From assembly GCA_963801165.1 (NCBI GenBank), contig CAWDDT010000004.1:352001-416000 (forward strand): DNA of 64,000 nt, in the 5' to 3' direction. Below are positions 62,318 to 64,000 of the stretch, in pieces. The translations under genes and the position numbers were made by a program. Every line of letters begins with the position of its first letter. Position 1 is the first letter of the stretch. The stretch is from an uncultured bacterium. Lineage in GTDB: Bacteria; Actinomycetota; Acidimicrobiia; Spongiisociales; UBA5794. The notes beneath the pieces are model-generated. The model was given only the letters and a program-made list of their open reading frames with translations, was not told where the DNA came from and made no database searches.

Positions 62318-62395
62318 CCGAGCGGGAACGAGCATTTTCGAGAGTGCTCGATACCGGCACCTCCGCGCTCGGTGAGGTGACCACTCAGGGTTGTG
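62318..62395. repeat. ~78-bp imperfect palindromic repeat, copy B
   Basis: ccgagc...gctcgg outer arms with inner hairpin cgagcatttt-cg-agagtgctcg. Confidence 0.65.
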
Positions 62396-62487
62396 CCCCG
62401 GCTGCGGTGGTCGCCTAGTCGCTGGCTTGCGTCGATTGCCCCCGTATCGTCACCTATGCGGGCCTTGCCTCTAGCATTCGTCGGGTT

Positions 62488-62886
62488 ATGGCTTTCATCA
62501 GCACATCGGATGTGAGACTCGTTGGAATCATTGTTCTGGTCGCGGGGCTTGGCTGCCTGTTCATCGTTCGCCGCAGACGTCCCAAGGCGTGGATTCTCGC
62601 GGCAGTCGGAGCTGTGCTTTCGACGTGGGGAGTGATACTCATCTGGAAATCTGGTGTCACCGTCATCGATGGCCCCGACGGTTTCCGATCGGTGTCGGAT
62701 ATGATGGGTTCAACGTTCGATTCTTGGCTGTGGGTCGTCGTATCCGGAGTAGTCAGCGGTCTTGTTTGGTTCGGTGCAGTAGCGGTGCGAGCGCGTCGTG
62801 GGCCGCTGTCATGGACCTCAGCTGCCATCTTCGGTGGAGCGTTCCTCGCCGCCGTATCGGCGGGCCTTCTCGATTCGTCTATCTAG
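62488..62886 (+). CDS. Hypothetical four-TM membrane protein
   Basis: Four hydrophobic segments. Confidence 0.6.
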   Translation: MAFISTSDVRLVGIIVLVAGLGCLFIVRRRRPKAWILAAVGAVLSTWGVILIWKSGVTVIDGPDGFRSVSDMMGSTFDSWLWVVVSGVVSGLVWFGAVAVRARRGPLSWTSAAIFGGAFLAAVSAGLLDSSI

Positions 62887-63029
62887 CTCTTCGCGTCGAA
62901 GGACCGCCCCGATCACCAGACAATCGAGGCATCACGCCCCGATTGCCGACCGCCCGGGAACGAAGCCTCCATGCCGGTCTCTTGGCTACTCGCCGTTGTG
63001 GTTCCAATGGTTTTGGAGTGGTTGCCGGA

Positions 63030-64000
63030 CTATCTGGCCAGAACCTGGACTGATTCTTGGTTTGGCCATACGGGTGGTGGCCAGAACCCGAGGCTCTTGT
63101 TGTTGAAGTCGATGATGGTGAACGGCACGAGTCCGCCGATGTCGTCGAGGTTCTGTCGTTGCCAGGTGGAGCCGTCGTTGCTGAACCACATGGCGGGAAG
63201 GCTCTCGGATACTCGTCCTGCGTCGAAGTCGAGACCGGCGGCGTAGAAGCGGGAGTCGACTCTTGTGACGGCGTACACCTCCATGTAGCCAAACTCGGCG
63301 GCGGTGTCGCCGGCGGGTGGAGGTTGTCGTGTCCAGTCGATTCCGTTGGGGGATGTCCAGACGGCCATCAGGTTGGTGCCGAACGGGCTGCCGCCGAGGG
63401 CGACAAAGCCGGTATCGGTTTCGGTGATCGTGTACATGTAGGCGTCTTCAAAGCCTGCCCCTTGTGGGGTCACGAGTTCCCAGTCAAGGCCGTTGGGTGA
63501 TGTCCAGACGGCAGCGGTGGGGACGAATTCGCCCCACGGGGAAGCGCCGACTGCGATTAGCCCGTTGTCGCTGGTGATCACTTCGCTGATCGCGGAGTTG
63601 TTGAACAGTTCGGCATCGCTTGCGGGGGCCTGTTCCCAAGTGGTGCCGTCGGTTGTGGTGAACAGTGTTGCGATGGTGGATTCGGCTTCGGCGCCACGCC
63701 GCAACAGCACCGTCAACCGGTCCGGGGTGTTGAAGACGGCATCGACATATCCGATCGAGTACCCCTGGTCGCTGAGGAACTCGATCGGTTCCCACCTACG
63801 CCCGTCATCAGACCGCAGCAGGGTGGAGCCGTATGTGAATAGTCCGAATGGGCTCTCGATCATGTCGGTGAGGCAACCGATGCGCATGTCGCCAATCCTG
63901 GTCGGGCCTTCGGTGCGTTCCCAGGTCACACCATCGTCGCTTACCCATACCGGGAAACCGGGTTCACTCTCGACAGGGCATCCCACGGCAACGATCGATC
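63030..64000 (-). CDS. Hypothetical BNR/Asp-box repeat (beta-propeller) protein, 5' end probably beyond window
   Basis: Repeated W.S.DG.TW / WTSPNG.DW motifs. Confidence 0.75.
   Translation of the reverse strand, partial: SIVAVGCPVESEPGFPVWVSDDGVTWERTEGPTRIGDMRIGCLTDMIESPFGLFTYGSTLLRSDDGRRWEPIEFLSDQGYSIGYVDAVFNTPDRLTVLLRRGAEAESTIATLFTTTDGTTWEQAPASDAELFNNSAISEVITSDNGLIAVGASPWGEFVPTAAVWTSPNGLDWELVTPQGAGFEDAYMYTITETDTGFVALGGSPFGTNLMAVWTSPNGIDWTRQPPPAGDTAAEFGYMEVYAVTRVDSRFYAAGLDFDAGRVSESLPAMWFSNDGSTWQRQNLDDIGGLVPFTIIDFNNKSLGFWPPPVWPNQESVQVLAR

Overview
High-GC actinobacterial DNA; the Thr-rich lipoproteins and SLH-like domains suggest Acidimicrobiia, which is an inference. The backbone is the conserved actinobacterial block ftsH-folP-folK ... 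panG-like/panC/coaX/lysS ... clpC ... radA-disA-carD-ispD-ispF-cysS-rlmB-tRNA-Thr(TGT). Accessory genes are interleaved: a form II cox-like molybdoenzyme cluster, tyrosine phenol-lyase with an Lrp regulator, a GH57 amylopullulanase, a DNA-damage-promoter DUF222/HNH gene, a P450-AraC-LigAB aromatic module, MMPL-TetR and DrrAB-TetR. From 56.1 kb an island integrated at tRNA-Thr carries a tyrosine integrase and xis, a degraded IS3 with an IS30-family element nested in its catalytic motif, an RHH/Doc toxin-antitoxin pair and small cargo genes. The most unusual observations are: (1) colinear ~78-bp imperfect palindromic repeats bounding cargo genes in the island, in a cassette-like pattern; (2) a double-hairpin element found both as an intergenic tandem and inserted in frame in an HNH gene, with compensatory changes; (3) CarD with an N-terminal histone-H1-like tail; (4) a triple 11-bp repeat that builds chained MRRV* mini-ORFs at the panG-like start; (5) a catalytically degenerate phosphatase-like gene in the folB position; (6) DisA with RFR in place of RHR. 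All calls come from manual motif recognition; no searches were run.
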